NCBI GenBank assembly: GCA_964016885.1
Contig: OZ024764.1
Location: forward strand, 10,912,001-10,976,000
DNA: 64,000 bases
Reading direction: 5' to 3'
DNA from: Eledone cirrhosa
Lineage: Eukaryota
This document shows positions 46,199 to 58,702 of this stretch, in pieces. Below the pieces are notes generated by a model. That model was not told the origin of the DNA and made no database searches. It worked only from the letters and a program-made list of their open reading frames with translations. The translations under genes were made by a program, and so were the position numbers. Each line of letters opens with the position of its first letter. Within the stretch, counting starts at the first letter, position 1.

Positions 46199-47059
46199 CT
46201 ATAAAGTATGAATAGCAACATGTTTAGTCAATATATTTCTTTGAGAGAATGACTTGCCGCATATTTCGCAGTAATATGGCTTCTCTCCTGTATGAGTACG
46301 TTTGTGAGTATTTAAGCCGTTGCTTCGAGAGAAGGATTTACCACAGATATCACATTGGTGTGGCTTCTCTCCCGTATGGATACGTATGTGAATAGTTAAA
46401 GTACCGATATCAGAGAATGCTTTACCACAGATGTCACAGTCGTATGGCTTCTCTCCTGTATGAGTACGAATGTGTTTAGTTAGTTGACCAGTCTCAGTGA
46501 ATGATTTATCACAGATATCACAATGATATGGCTTCTCTCCTGTATGCATACGCTTGTGCCTAGTCAAGTGACCAGTCATAGAGAATGATTTACCACATGT
46601 ATCACAGGTATATGGCTTCACTCCGGTATGAGTACGTTCGTGAATACCCAAATGACCTTTTTGAGAGAATGACTTACCGCAGGTATCACACTGATATGGT
46701 AACACTCCTGTATGAAGAATTTTGTGTCTATTTAAAGCACAGCTTCCAGAGAATGATTTACCACATGTGTCACAGTGATATGGTTTCTCTCCTGTATGAG
46801 TACGTTTATGAGAAACTAAGCTACTACTTACAGCAAATGACCTACCACAAACGTCACACGGGTATGGTGTCTCGCCAGTATGAACACGTTTGTGTTTAGC
46901 TAAGTCACTGCTAGCCCGGAAAAGTTTACCACAGGTATCACACAGATGTGTTTTTCCTCCGGCGTGAAGATATTTGGAATTGGGGAGCTTTTGTTTTTCA
47001 GAGGATGATGTTTCAGAGTCATCAAAGGTGTAGGACGAATTTCCTACCTCTTCCGACAT
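46199..47059 (-). CDS. C2H2 zinc-finger protein, 9 intact fingers plus a degenerate first finger, 286 aa
   Basis: Tandem C2H2 with TGEKPY linkers; paralog of 55426-56286. Confidence 0.93.
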   Translation of the reverse strand: MSEEVGNSSYTFDDSETSSSEKQKLPNSKYLHAGGKTHLCDTCGKLFRASSDLAKHKRVHTGETPYPCDVCGRSFAVSSSLVSHKRTHTGEKPYHCDTCGKSFSGSCALNRHKILHTGVLPYQCDTCGKSFSQKGHLGIHERTHTGVKPYTCDTCGKSFSMTGHLTRHKRMHTGEKPYHCDICDKSFTETGQLTKHIRTHTGEKPYDCDICGKAFSDIGTLTIHIRIHTGEKPHQCDICGKSFSRSNGLNTHKRTHTGEKPYYCEICGKSFSQRNILTKHVAIHTL

Positions 47060-48107
47060 CTTTTCTTAAATATATCAATACTTCAAATTTCACTTATAAT
47101 TCACTTTCTATAATTTCTCAATACAATATATGAGGTGTTGATTTGATAAATGCTTCTGATGAAGGAAATATTTCTACAGCTATATTCAAACTCTTAACAT
47201 CCTGTAATGATTACAAAATATTTAACAAAAAATATATTCAGAAGCAGGTTTGATAATTCAGATGTTTATAGAATCTTTACTGCAAAAATTTGCAATATTT
47301 GAGTAAAATCTTAAATTTTAATAAGATGGAGTCATAGTGATGTTTGCAACTTTTTCAAGAAAACCTTACTAATGTGGTTTCATGTGGTTTGTTAATTCAT
47401 ATGTTTATAATATCTTTACAAATAAACAGATCCCTGCAAAAAAATTGCAGTAATAAAGTAAAGACATTATTTTTTAATACGATGCAGTCATTGTGTTGTT
47501 TTGTATTTTCCAAGAGAATCTTGGGGTTCCAAGTAGTTTGTTAATTCATATGTCTATAATATCTTTACTAATAAACAGATCCTGCAAAAACTTGCAGTAA
47601 TAAAGTAAAGACCTTAATTTTTAATTTGGTTCAGCCATCGTTCCATTTTGTACTTTCCAAGAGAATGTCTTGCTAATGAGGTTTCATAAGGTAGAGGACT
47701 ATAAAAAAAGGGTCTTTAATGCCAATGTCATCTGATATTCTGAAATAATAGAGAAACATTATAAGATGTTTGGAAAGTAGAAATACAACAATGGAAACTT
47801 TACAATATTTCTATAAACTGTAGAAACAGACCTATCTATCTTCACATATATATCTACATATATATATATGTGTGTGTGTGTATATATATCAAGTCGATTG
47901 ACTTTTGTCAAATCCGACCAAGGAAACAATGTTGCCGTTGGTCTTTCCAATTGCTAATACTATCTATCAGTCGCAACTCCAGGTAGGAGCAACGTAAAGT
48001 AAAGTGTCTTGCTCAAGGACATAACGCATCACCCGGTCCAGGAATTGAACTGACAACCTCACGATTGCGAATCCAATTCTCTAACCACTCAGCCTTCACT
48101 GCGTGTG

Positions 48108-48301
48108 TAGGAAAAAGTATGACCCCAACGGCAGAGCTCGAGCCGTTTCGACGGCTATTTCTGAGTCCAGAAATAGCCGTCGAAACGGCTTGAGCTCTGC
48201 CGCCGTCGGGGTCATACTTTTTCCTATTTCCCACTCTACTACCCTAAGTATTGAGTACTCTGGTGCGTTATGGTCCATCTAGTTCCTTGCCACAATTCCC
48301 T

Positions 48302-48303
<2 letters not shown>
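48108..48303. mobile_element. Family F copy with fold-back hairpin, in the probable intron of the ZNF gene
   Basis: Inverted arms ~48108-48226. Confidence 0.78.
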
Positions 48304-48351
<48 letters not shown>

Positions 48352-48395
48352 AAGAGAAGTTTCGTTTACATAGGGAAAATATTTATTGCATATCG

Positions 48396-48487
48396 ACCTG
48401 TTACACATGTTTCGCAAAGGATTGGCTCAAGGTGACCCATAGGGGTTATGGACCAGACGCCAGTATCAATCTGCTCCTCAGACTGGT
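48396..48487 (-). ncRNA. Type I hammerhead ribozyme motif with long helix II (family G)
   Basis: Minus: accagt-CTGAGGA-gca gattg..tggc..tggtccata acccc tatgggtca..gcca atc..tgc-GAAA-catgtg-TA/acaggt. Confidence 0.75.
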
Positions 48488-48761
48488 GATGTGACAAAAG
48501 ATATATTTTTGTTTTTATATATATATATATATATATAAAGAAAAGTTAAGAAAATTGATTGAAGGCAGATGTTAAACATATAGAGAAGAAAACACACACA
48601 TATATACATATACACTACAACAAAAGCTCCCAGTCCACACTGTGAAGAGGTTGTGTAGGTGTCATGACAGTCCATCCAGCACACACTGTAAATGTTGGTG
48701 TTAGGAATGGCATCTAGCGGTAGAAACGAAGCCCAAACCAGTTCTGGTCATAGGATAGGCG

Positions 48762-48821
<60 letters not shown>

Positions 48822-48954
48822 AGTTTAAAGAACATTCAGACAAAATTTATCCAATTTTTCTCTCCTTAGTCCGTAGAAAACAACCAAAAGCCGTAGAAAA
48901 CCATAAATTTAACCTCCAACCTGAGATATTTGTAACATTAAAAAGAATTTAAGA

Positions 48955-49700
48955 CATTCTAACCACATGTCTGTAGTATCAGAGCTGTGATCTCTCAATC
49001 CAGAGAAGTAGCAGCTCTACCTGGAGAGACTATCTGATCTCCAAGTTACGCACTTTATCCGAGTAATGTTACTCCAAAGACCCTTCAGAGGAACCCCATT
49101 TCTGCCACTTGTATAGAGAGATGGATGCAATATTCGCTCCAGATCTCCGAGGGTCACCCCCAAACCAGTTAACTAAAATAGTCATGCCCAGATTCGTTTA
49201 AAAACACATAAAAAAACATAAAGTTAACATTACTCGATAGAGTGTAACTCGGAGATCAGAGAGTCGCTCCAGGTAGAGCTGCTACTTCTCTGAATGAGAG
49301 ATGACAGCTGCTATAGTAATCTTACGCCAAAGACCCCCCCTCCCCCTCAAAGGAACCCCCATTTCGGCCGCTTGTATAGAGTGACGAATGCAATATTAAC
49401 CCCAAATCTCCGAGGGTCACTCCCAAACCAGTTACCTAAAATAATCACCCCCAGATTCGTTTAAAAACACATAAAAATATAAAGTTAACATTACTCGACG
49501 GAGTGTAACTCATAGACCAGACAGCCGTTACTTCTCTGAGTGAGAGATCACAGTTCCTATACTAATGTTACTCCAAAGACCCTTCAGAAGATCCCGATCT
49601 CCACCGCTTGTATAGAGACACGGATGCAATATCTTCGAGGGTCACCCCCAAACCAGTTAACTAAAGAAATCATGCCCAGATTCGTTTAAAAACACATCAA
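48955..49700 (-). repeat. Triplicated ~240-bp RTE-derived segment
   Basis: ..ccaaagaccc..agggtcac..ccagattcgtttaaaaacaca three times; single copy in the paralog at ~58200-58445. Confidence 0.7.
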
Positions 49701-49909
49701 ACACCATAGAAAAACATAAATTTAACCTCCAACCTGAGATATTTGTAGCATTAAAATGAATTTAACTAAAATATATATATTTACGATGTGAAAAGCTAAT
49801 AATGTCGACTTTAGTCTACACTATATTATCAGAAATAATACTTACAGTGTTAAATAGTTTTTTTTTTTTTTTATATTTACAAAAATACTTTGTAAATAAA
49901 TATTATGTA

Positions 49910-49965
49910 GGAAGACGTCATTGTATGAAAGCGGAAGTCGGTAAACATGCCCAGTGCGCATGCTC
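49910..49965 (-). promoter_or_regulatory. Candidate ZNF promoter: CRE-like GACGTCA, ETS CGGAAGT and NRF1-like TGCGCATGC
   Basis: Motif cluster conserved in the duplicate at ~58650-58702; putative splice donor (cttac) at ~49841 and acceptor at ~47203. Confidence 0.6.
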
Positions 49966-50059
49966 ATAAAATTATTTCTATAATTATCTATTCTCACATG
50001 GAGAGGGGGAGAGTGAGTAAGTTAAGATAGAGAGAGGGGGAAGGAGAGTAAAAAGTAAG

Positions 50060-50395
50060 ATGGAAGGCACTCCGTCAGTTTCGACGACGAGTATTTCAGT
50101 TGATCTGATCAACTTAACAGCCTGCTAATTAAATTAACATGCAAATGGCTGAGTATTCCACAAACACGTGTACCCATTACGTAGTTCTCAGAGAGATTCA
50201 GCGTGACACTGAATGTGACAAAGCTGATATCTTCGAATTTCAGATACGGGTACAACTCATTTTTGCCAGCTGAGTGAACTGAAGCAAGGTGAAATAAAGT
50301 GTATTGCTCAAGGACACAACGCACTGCCGGGAATCGAACCCATAACCTTATGATCGTTAGCGAAATTCCCTAACCACAAAGCTACGGGCCTTCAC
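50060..50395 (-). mobile_element. tRNA-derived SINE, near full length
   Basis: Minus ggttcgattccc B-box, gtgtccttgagcaatacacttt core. Confidence 0.7.
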
Positions 50396-50447
50396 AAAAG
50401 GAAGATATAGAGAGAATAAACACACATGCACACATATATACATACAC

Positions 50448-50479
<32 letters not shown>

Positions 50480-51478
50480 ATTACTGTGGGGCGTGAGTCT
50501 AAGTATTCAATACTGAAGAAGAGTTTAAATATTCATTTATTAAGGCTTAGTTGTGACCCTTATTACTCTGTAGTTACACCTGTGCCCTCACAGGATCATC
50601 AAAGTTTTATCTCTCTCTCTCTAGAGAGAGAGATATTATATATAGATATATATACATATATAAATACATATATCAACATCTTTGTTTAATGTCCATCTTC
50701 CACGCTAGCATGGGTTAGACAGGAGTTGTCCCACTTGAGGCAAGGTTGGTCAGGTGACCGTGTCTCGCTCATATAGGACCGTCTGGCAGGTTTTCTATGG
50801 TTGGATGCCCTTCCTAACACCAACCACATTTACAGTGTGGAACTGGGAACTTTTTACCCTGTTACCTACACAACCACATTACAGCGTGGACTGTGTGTGT
50901 TTCTTTTGTTGTGACACCTACACGATCTCGATCACATTATCTCATTTATTTGGACTGGATGGGTTGTGGTACCAACTTTACAGAGAGAGGGTGGTGGTGT
51001 TGCTGGGAGGATAGGGTAGGGGTAGTGGATTGGGGTGTATATTTGGTTAAGAGGTGCCTACCGACTGTAGGTTTCACTTTGTACATAGGCAAGGCGGGTC
51101 TTCTGTATTACTGTGTAGCACCAAAGATCTATATATATAATATACATAAATATATACATACACATATATCTATCTATTAATATATATATATATATATATA
51201 TATATAGATTTTTTTTTTTTTCATAACCATAATACAATTTTCTGTTAGTTGCCCTATACTAAAGGGCTTCACTGATAGGGTTATGTGTGTTATAATTTCC
51301 CAGTTCCATGTTATGGTAAGAAGTTGTGGTGAATCTTTGGAATAGTGCTTAATAAATATTAATGTCCCTAAGGTCTCGTTGGTCAAGTGGTATGGTGCGT
51401 TGAGTCTGCTGAGATACTGGTCGGGGGTCGATCCTGGCCAATGTCTACACATAGGGGGTCTTATTAAACTTTTTTATG

Positions 51479-51842
51479 GAGGCACATGGCTTAGTGGTTA
51501 GAGCATTGGCCTTGCAATCGAAAGGTTGTGAGTTCAATTCTTAGACCGGGTGATGTGTTGTTTCCTTGAGCAAGACACTTTATTTCACATTGCTCCAGTT
51601 TACTCAGCTGTAGAAATGAGATGATAGGGACTGGGGTCCCTATCATTCCACTGCAAAGTGGTCGTGGAGGTGCCACGGAAAAAAAGCACCCAGCACTCAC
51701 TGTAAATGAGGTTGGTGTTAGGAAGGGCATCCAGCTGTAGAAATCAAGCCAGAATCCGTTCCCATCCCACCCTTGCAAGCAGGGAAAAGCGGACGTAAAA
51801 TAGCAGGGAAAAAGCGGACGTAAAATGAAATGATGATGATGA
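51479..51842 (+). mobile_element. tRNA-derived SINE with V-like core and RTE-like (TGA)n tail
   Basis: tggcttagtgg A-box, gagttcaattc B-box, ccttgagcaagacacttt, tail ggacgtaaaatgaaatgatgatga. Confidence 0.75.
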
Positions 51843-52318
51843 ATAGTTGTTCAAATGTGGCCTGCCAATGGAATATGTTGCACACCCCTGTTTTATGGTA
51901 TTTGTTCCAACTCATTGCGCGCTCTGAGTTCAAATCCCGCCGTGGTCAACTTTGCCTTTCATCCTTTCGAGGTGGATAAAAAAAAAAAAGTACCAGTCCA
52001 CTACTGGGGTCTATTCTTCCTTTATAGAAAAAATTAGCTGCATTCAGACCTGGACATGGTTGGGCTCCACCAGGTTTAAAAGTGCCCTAGACACACTGTA
52101 TAACAGTGCCTCTATAACTCCATAAGGAGTTAATGTATCTTTATCCCTTTTTTTATTAAATACCTGAAGATCTGTTTCTTCATTGCTACAGTGGAGTCTG
52201 CTGCTGTACGGGTCTGAGACTTGAACACTGTCCAAGAGACTCCCTCAGATGATGGATGGGTGCTCTACATGAGGGTGCTGAGGATGGCTCTGAACATTAA
52301 TCAGTATACACTGAGGAT

Positions 52319-53231
52319 TTCCATGTGTCTAACACACGTGGGCATGCCCACAAAGTCAGAAAACAGCACAGTTCCCATGACTTTCGGAAACATTTTTTCA
52401 CGCTCAGAGTTGCTGAAGCATGGAACAAACTACCTGCATCAGTTGTTAGCTGTCGAGACACTGCATCCTTTAAGGCCTCCATGGAACAAACTACCTGCAT
52501 CATTTGTTAGCTGTCAACACACTGCATCCTTTAAAACCTCCTTGGAACAAACTACCTGCATCAGTTGTTAGCTGTCGAGACACTGCATCCTTTAAAACCC
52601 CCATGGAACAAACTACCTGCATCAGTTGTTAGCTGTCGAGACACTGCATCCTTTAAAACCCCCATGGAACAAACTACCTGCATCAGTTGTTAGCTGTCGA
52701 GACACTGCATCCTTTAAAACCTCCTTGGAACAAACTACCTGCATCAGTTGTTAGCTGTCGAGACACTGCATCCTTTAAAACCCCCATGGAACAAACTACC
52801 TACATCAGTTGTTAGCTGTCGAGACACTGCATCCTTTAAAACCTCCATGGAACAAACTACCTGCATCAGTTGTTAGCTGTCGAGACACTGCATCCTTTAA
52901 AACCTCCTTGGAACAAACTACCTGCATCAGTTGTTAGCTGTCGAGACACTGCATCCTTTAAAACCTCCTTGGAACAAACTACCTACATCAGTTGTTAGCT
53001 GTCGAGACACTGCATCCTTTAAGGCCTCCATGGAACAAACTACCTACATCAGTTGTTAGCTGTCGAGACACTGCATCCTTTAAGGCCTCCATGCTTCCCA
53101 AGATCTGCGAACACTACAGCTAATGTTCCCCCTCCATACACATGTATACCATGACATTTGTGTATTATTCTATGTACTATACATACACCTTTGATGAGTT
53201 CTAGTGCACCTGAGCACTTTACACAATAATT

Positions 53232-53277
<46 letters not shown>
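52319..53277 (+). mobile_element. CR1/L2-type LINE 3' end with internal 61-bp minisatellite (~11 copies) and (TTA)n tail, inserted in an RTE relic
   Basis: TRGHAHKV..FFTLRVAEAWNKLPASVV..ASFK motif; AGGAT duplicated at 52314-52318 and 53278-53282; RTE reading continues across the insertion. Confidence 0.88.
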
Positions 53278-53278
<1 letters not shown>

Positions 53279-53689
53279 GGATGAAGAACTCAGAGCTGTA
53301 CAGGAGCCTCCCAAAAGTCAGCTCGAAAGTGACACAGAAGAGACTGAGGTTAGCTGGACATGCTCACCAAGCATGCTCACTAACCCATGCTAGTGTGGAA
53401 GAATGGATGTAAAATGCTGATGATAATAAGATCGACCCACAACAGGACAACATGACTGACCCATGCTAGCATGGAAAATAGACACTGGTAATAATGATGT
53501 TGCTGATGATGAAATGTCGGTTACATGTGTGGTTGAAAATATAAATGGTTGGACAATAATTTAAGAGTATATCAGCTTTATTTAGATTCCAGGTTATAAA
53601 TAATATTCAAAAAGACCTAGATGACAAAAGATTTAGAAAATGTATAACAAACATGTCAAACCCACACCAGTATGTACAATGGACATTAA

Positions 53690-54207
53690 CCCTTTAGCAT
53701 TTACACTGGCTGTATCCGACTAGAATACTCTCACCTTTTTTCTGTTCAAACTGGTCACTCATACTGATGTTAAGGTATAGTTCTCAAAATAGATAATATA
53801 AAAATCTCATAGATTCGATATTATGTGAGGTAAAGCCTTTACTGTGAAAATACAATAGTATATATAGAGTAATGTAAATGTTATGTGAGATATTATGTGA
53901 GGTAAAGCCTTTACTGTGAAAATACAATAGTATATATAGAGTAATGTAAATGTTATGTGAGATATTATGTGAAGTAAAGCCTTTACTGTGAAAATACAAT
54001 AGTATATATAATTGTTTCTACGTTAGGCACAAGGCCAGCAATACCCAGTGCATTACTGGTACTTTATTTTATCGACGCCGTAAGGATGAAAGGCAAAGTT
54101 AACCTGGACTGGATTTGAACTCAGAATGGCAAGGGCCGTAACTCTATACGTCAAAGCATGGCGTCCGACCCTCTGCCAATAATATATATAGTGTAAATAC
54201 TAAAGGG
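53690..54207 (-). mobile_element. TTAA MITE (~3 units) with nested Meta-like SINE (~54010-54180)
   Basis: TTAA-ccctttagcattta terminus, satellite units, taaaggg end. Confidence 0.75.
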
Positions 54208-54559
54208 TTTAAAAATAACATTAGTGCAAGGGAGACGACTGCGTTGGTACGGACATGTGATACATACAGCTGATGATCAATGGGTGAAGAAATGCCAGGA
54301 AATTCCAGTGGAAGGAAGCCGTAGTAGAGGTAGACCGAGAAAAACCTGAGCAGAGGTGGTGAGAGCTAATGTCAAATCGCTGAGACTCACAGAGGAGATG
54401 ACATAGGAATGTGGGGAGATGCTGTGCTAAAAAGGATTCATCCAAACCATACAAACGTGGAAAAACAGATGTAAAATCAATGATGATGATGATGAAAATT
54501 AAGTTAACACTAGTAAATTCCAATAATTTTCAAAAAGCCATTATAATGTGGTAGAAATG

Positions 54560-54925
54560 TCCTCCTCATTCTTTTAAGTGTTGCTGTCTTGGTGTTTGGT
54601 GAGAGAAGGAGAGTAACTGTTTTCATTGAGAAGTCTCTGGAACTCCACTGTGCTGAAACAATGGGTCTAATTTTTAAGTTGGGTTCTGTTTTATGTGTTT
54701 TGATGAGATGGTAGATGGGGAGCTTACTGTTTCTGGTGATGATGTGTTTAATTCTACTCAGGAAATGTTTGATGTTATAAAGTTTAGTCCATCTGGTGTT
54801 AATAGTTACCTCTAACTGGCTAGGCCTGATGTTGTTAACCTTACTATATAGAGTGGTGTTGTTAAGATGTTCTGCTCAATGATGTATAATTCTCTCCGGT
54901 TGTCTGATGGGAGGTATAGTCACTT
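54560..54925 (-). mobile_element. Penelope-like element reverse transcriptase relic
   Basis: Minus translation LPSDN..EHLNNTTLY..KLPIYHLIKTHKTEPNLKIRPIVS matches the PLE RT P.FY.L.K.HK....RPIVS signature; frameshifted. Confidence 0.75.
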
Positions 54926-55425
54926 TTTAATGTAATTCTCTTATCCTTCAGCACGCTGCCGGCGACAAAATGCACCATATGAGTAATCTGTCTTTAATAG
55001 ATAATGCAGTGTGAGGGGAAACAACTCAGAAAAATTACCAGCATGCTAACCTTTAAAGTGAACTCGGACCTAGGGGTTGAAGGAGGGGAAGTAAATTCAT
55101 ATATCATATTCTTGTGCGATGATGAAAAGCAGCCAGTCCACAGGGTTAGGTGGTCTTTCTGATGCCACGGTGAAAAACACCTAGTCCACTCTGTAAAGTG
55201 GAAATGCTGGTGCCACCGAAAAAGCACCCAGAACACACTGTAATATGGTTGATGTTAGGAAGGGAATGCAGCCATAGATATCAAGCCAAACTAGATGAGT
55301 ATGAGCAAGACATGGTCACCAGACCTGACCTGGCAAACTTTATGACATGACAACCAGTCTAACCCATGCCAGCATGAAAAATAAACATTAAACAGTGACA
55401 ATAATGATGATTTCAGTGATGACTT

Positions 55426-56286
55426 CTATTGTGTATGAATGTGTGAATGTTTATTCAAGTCACTTTTTCGTGAGAATGACTTGCTGCATATATCGCAATG
55501 AAATGGCTTCTCTCCTGTATGAATACGTTTGTGACTAGTTAAGCCACTACTTCGCGAGAATGATTCACCGCAGATATCACAGTGGTGTGGCTTCTCTCCT
55601 GTATGAATACGTATGTGAGTAGTTAAAGTTCCGATATCAGAGAATGATTTACCACAGATATCACAGTGGTATGGCTTCTCTCCTGTATGAGTACGAATGT
55701 GTTTAGTTAGTTGACCAGTCTCAGAGAATGATTTATCACAGATATCACAATGATATGGCTTCTCTCCTGTATGCATACGCTTGTGCCGAGTTAAATGACT
55801 ACTTACAGAGAATGATTTACCACAGATATCACAGGTATATGGCTTCTGTCCAGTATGAATACGTTCGTGAATAGCTAAGTTACCTTTCTGAGAGAATGAC
55901 TTACCGCAGGTATCACACTGATATGGTAACTCTCCTGTATGAAGAATTTTGTGTCTATTTAAAGCACAGCTTCCAGAGAATGATTTACCACATGTGTCAC
56001 AGTGATATGGTTTCTCTCCTGTATGAGTACGTTTATGAGAAATTAAGCTACCAGTTAGAGAGAATGACTTACCACAAACATCACAGTGGTATGGTGTCTC
56101 TCCTGTATGAATACGTTTGTGTTTAGCTAAGTCACTGCTTGCACGGAAAAGTTTACCACAGGTATCACACAGATGAGATTTCCCTCCAGTGTGAATACAT
56201 TTGTGATTGGAGAGGTTATATTTTTTAGAGGATGATTTTACACAGACATCACAGGGATAGGACGAATTTTCTATCACTTTTGACAT
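55426..56286 (-). CDS. C2H2 zinc-finger protein, 10 fingers, 286 aa
   Basis: Tandem C2H2 with TGEKPY linkers; paralog of 46199-47059. Confidence 0.93.
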   Translation of the reverse strand: MSKVIENSSYPCDVCVKSSSKKYNLSNHKCIHTGGKSHLCDTCGKLFRASSDLAKHKRIHTGETPYHCDVCGKSFSLTGSLISHKRTHTGEKPYHCDTCGKSFSGSCALNRHKILHTGELPYQCDTCGKSFSQKGNLAIHERIHTGQKPYTCDICGKSFSVSSHLTRHKRMHTGEKPYHCDICDKSFSETGQLTKHIRTHTGEKPYHCDICGKSFSDIGTLTTHIRIHTGEKPHHCDICGESFSRSSGLTSHKRIHTGEKPFHCDICSKSFSRKSDLNKHSHIHTQ

Positions 56287-58649
56287 CTTTTCACTTATTC
56301 ATTTTTTTATAATTTTTCTTCTCTCAATACAATATATGAATATTTTTCCAATACAATAGATGAGTTATTGTTTTTATACATTCTTCTGATGAAGGAAATA
56401 TTTCTACAGCTATATTTCCATCATAGTGGTTTTTGTTTATATATTTTGAGTTTTCATTTGTACATTTACAATAAATATGTTATTAAAAATATAAAATAAA
56501 AATCACTGTGGTATCCTCAAATAATGTGAAAAGAGGGTTTTGATTGAGGCATCTGGCTTATAGGATAGAGCGATAGGCTTGTGATCTTAAAGTTGTGAGT
56601 TCCGTTTCTTGACTAGGTGTTGCGCTGAGTCCTTGAGCACAATGCTTTATCTCCCGGTGCACCAGTGAACATCGAAAGATGATGGAAAAGCTTCGGTAAA
56701 TTTATCCAACTAGAATGTAAAACCATCTTGTAAATATTCCAGGCAGGGAAGAAGAGAAATTTTGTTATTAATCTCAGTTTGGAGGAAATATTTCTACAGA
56801 ATTCACCATAGATTTATATAAACAGGGTTTGTATAACATCTTCCATTTGTCATTTAACTCTTAACATCCTGCAATGATTTAACAAAAAATATATTCAGAA
56901 GCAGGTTTGATAATTCACATGTTTATAGAATCTTTACTGCAAAAATTTGCAATATTTGAGTAAAATCTTAAATTTTAATAAGATGGAGTCATAGTGATGT
57001 TTGCAACTTTTTCAAAATGTCTTACTAATGTGGTTTCATGTGATTTGTTAATTCATGTGTTTATATATCTGTATTAGTGAGCTACTCAATATTACTAAAA
57101 TTAGACCAATTACATCAATTGTCAAGTCAAGAGTACTCAAACTATACGGGCCATATAAAAAGATCAACTCATGGTGTGAGTAGGTTATGCCTGGAAGGAA
57201 GGTTGGCTGGTAAGAGAAGCAGAGGCTGGCATCCAAATCTATGGCTTGACGATGTCAATTCATGGACTGGACTTGATCTTTGCTCTTTGAACTCTGCTGC
57301 TGGTGATCAAACTTTTTGGAGACAGATATCACATGTCTGCAGCTGGCAGAGTTTAGCATCACAAGAGAGATGTTTATAATATCTTTACTAATAGACAGAT
57401 CCCTGCAAAAATTTGCAGTAATAGAGTAAAGACCTTAATATTTAATATGATGCAATTATAGTGTTGTTTTGTACTTTCCAAGAGAATGTCTTGCTAATGT
57501 GGTTTCATGAGATACAAGACAATAAAAGTTAAACAGTGATGTTGTTATCTGATGTAAAAAAAAAGTCTTTAATGCCAATGTCATCTGATATTCTGAAATA
57601 ATAGAGAAACATTGTAAGATGTTTGGAAAGTAGAAATACAATAATGGAAACTTTACAACACTAGGATTTTTATCATCAAACTGATGCGTATGTATGTATG
57701 GGTGGGTGTATGTGCATATGCATACATTTATATCATCGTCATCATCATTTTACATCCGCTTTTCCATGCTTGCAAGGGTGAGATAGGTCTTCTTCAGCAC
57801 AGCATCTCTCCATTCGTTGCGGTCCCTCAAAATCTATGTGAGCTTCAGCGATCTGAGGTCAGCTCTCATCACCTCTGCCCATGTTTTTCGTGGTCTTCCT
57901 TCCACTGTAATTTCTTGGTACTTCTTCACCCAGCGGTCATCTTCCATGAGCAGTCAGAAGCAACCATCTCCAGCTGATCAAAACTGGATCCCTAAGCGAG
58001 ACCAGCCAAGCTCCTGGATGCCATCTTGCTCAGGCTCTACTCCTGGGTCTTCTACCAGTTGGTTTTCGCCAGTAAAATCTGTCCAGAGATTCTTTCCTGA
58101 GACATTCTAACCACATGTCTGTAGTATCAGAGCTGTGATCTCTCAATTCAGAGATTCTTTCCTGAGACATTCTAACCACATGTCTGTAATATCGGAACTG
58201 TGATCTCTCAATTCGAAGAAGTAGCAGCTCTACCTGGAGAGACTCTCTGATCTCCAAGATACGCACTCTATCTAGTAATGTTACTCCAAAGACCCTTCAG
58301 AGGAACCCCATTTCGACGGCTTGTCAAAATGGGGTTCCTCTGAAGGGTCTTTGGCAATATTCGAGACACAGATGCAATATCTCCGAGAGTCACCGCCTAA
58401 CCAGTTAACTAAAGAAATCATGCCCAGATTCGTTTAAGAACACATCAAAAAACAAATTTAACCTCCAATCTGAGATATTTGTAGCATTAAAATGAATTTA
58501 ACTAAAATATATATATTTATGATGTGAAAAGCTAATAATGTCGACTTTAGTCTACAATATATTATCAGGAAATAATACTTACAGTGTTAAATAGTTTCAG
58601 TTTTTTTTAAATATTTACAGAAATACTTTGTAAATAAATATTATTTTGG

Positions 58650-58702
58650 CAGACGTCATTGTATAACAACGGAAGTAGGTAAACATGCCCAGTGCGCATG
58701 CT
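58650..58702 (-). promoter_or_regulatory. Duplicate candidate ZNF promoter (GACGTCA, CGGAAGT, TGCGCATGC)
   Basis: Conserved with 49910-49965; putative donor ~58578, acceptor ~56870. Confidence 0.6.

Noticed and set aside
43240-47170. Isolated CTGATGA heptamers at ~43244 and ~47156 (also ~12982 and ~56385)
   Set aside because: No properly placed helix II-GAAA-helix III
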